Origin: a virus
Lineage: Duplodnaviria > Caudoviricetes
Length of the DNA: 45,927 nucleotides
IMG/VR virus record: IMGVR_UViG_3300037313_000414
Coordinates: 1 to 45,927 of that record
Reading direction: 5' to 3' (one strand)
Numbering within the stretch: position 1 is the stretch's first letter; each line of letters starts with the position of its first letter. A program made the position numbers and the translations under genes. The notes below the pieces were generated by a model. That model was not told where the DNA came from. It was given only the letters and a program-made list of their open reading frames with translations, and ran no database searches. This document shows positions 45,178 to 45,927 of this stretch, piece by piece.

Positions 45178-45927
45178 ATGCCTGTCATAAACGGTGTCAT
45201 CTACCCGGATACCCCATCTACACCGGCGAAGCTGAAAACGAATCTAGGGGCCGAATTAGGGCTTGCAGGAGCCGTCCCCACACCGCAATCGGCTTCTACC
45301 ACTCCAGCGGCTACAGCGGCCCCTACAACGCCTGCTATTCCAAATTCGAGTGTTCCCACACCACCCGTCGCCAAGGTGGACTATTCCGGCTTTAAACAGC
45401 CTACCGCAGAGGACGCCTATAAAGCGATATCTCAGCATCCCTACCTCGGCCATGAACTCGATCTTCCTGGTGCAGTAGCACCGCCTATGCCGCAGACGGC
45501 GGTGGATACACGACAACAGCCGATGTCCGCGCCGAGCGTACCGACTCCGATGAAAGATTATAACGCTATCGCCAAAGCGAGAGTCGCCGCCGCACTCGAA
45601 CAGAAACGGACAATTGCGAATCAGCAGAAGTCCGCACTCGATACGTCCTATGACCGCACACGGCAGACGATGAATGAGGACCGTGTATTAGAGGATAACC
45701 GTAACGGACGCTTGCTGAATCCGTATAACGGACGAACTAGCTTTCAACAAGGGATAACGAACCTCCAGCGTGGCAGAACGGACCTGCAGATGGCGCAGGA
45801 CCTGCAGACGCAGAAAGCGAATATCGATCAACTCCTGGCGGATTATGAGAACGCGACGGCAGATGAACAGGTACGGATCGCGGATGAGTTACAGCGTGCC
45901 GATCAGCAGTATCAGCTTAGTTTGGCC
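45178..45927 (+). CDS. 5' part of the junction-spanning virion/ejection protein (Pro/Ala/Thr-rich N-terminus)
   Basis: RBS aggagg, ATG 45178, open to the end of the window, continues at 128..799. Confidence 0.75.
   Translation, partial: MPVINGVIYPDTPSTPAKLKTNLGAELGLAGAVPTPQSASTTPAATAAPTTPAIPNSSVPTPPVAKVDYSGFKQPTAEDAYKAISQHPYLGHELDLPGAVAPPMPQTAVDTRQQPMSAPSVPTPMKDYNAIAKARVAAALEQKRTIANQQKSALDTSYDRTRQTMNEDRVLEDNRNGRLLNPYNGRTSFQQGITNLQRGRTDLQMAQDLQTQKANIDQLLADYENATADEQVRIADELQRADQQYQLSLA
45801..45927. repeat. Terminal 127-bp exact direct repeat, right copy
   Basis: Identical to 1-127. Confidence 0.95.

Noticed and set aside
1-45927. tRNA or rRNA genes
   Set aside because: No cloverleaf or rRNA-like sequence recognised by eye; tRNAscan-SE would confirm.

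Overview
This window is a complete, circularly assembled temperate phage genome of about 45.8 kb: bases 1-127 are identical to 45801-45927 and one ORF reads across the join. The host is inferred to be in Bacillales, probably Paenibacillaceae, from a Gram-positive LexA box, a Prp-type LNLQFFA motif, a YopX gene and a GH25 lysin. The virion module is podovirus-like: TerS, TerL, large portal, scaffold, capsid, adaptors, nozzle, beta-helix tailspike and large ejection proteins, with no recognisable tape measure or tail tube. Lysogeny functions include a large serine integrase with an adjacent attP-like inverted repeat, a CI/Cro switch with five 18-bp operators, an SOS box and an apparently orphan c-di-GMP-I riboswitch. 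Replication and recombination genes are gp157-like, Sak/Rad52, HNH, a DnaD-type initiator and RusA. An O-antigen-ligase/Wzy-like moron sits beside the tailspike. The most striking unexplained signal is a family of about 18 dispersed 32-58 bp sites: [GNA-loop mini-hairpin]-CATCGAnTCGACCGAA-variable spacer-GGCCGTAT. They occur only at gene boundaries in the accessory/early regions, in both orientations, and in four cases bracket a single gene as inverted repeats. This suggests an undescribed gene-cassette exchange or regulatory system. All family assignments are from motif recognition by eye; no searches were run.
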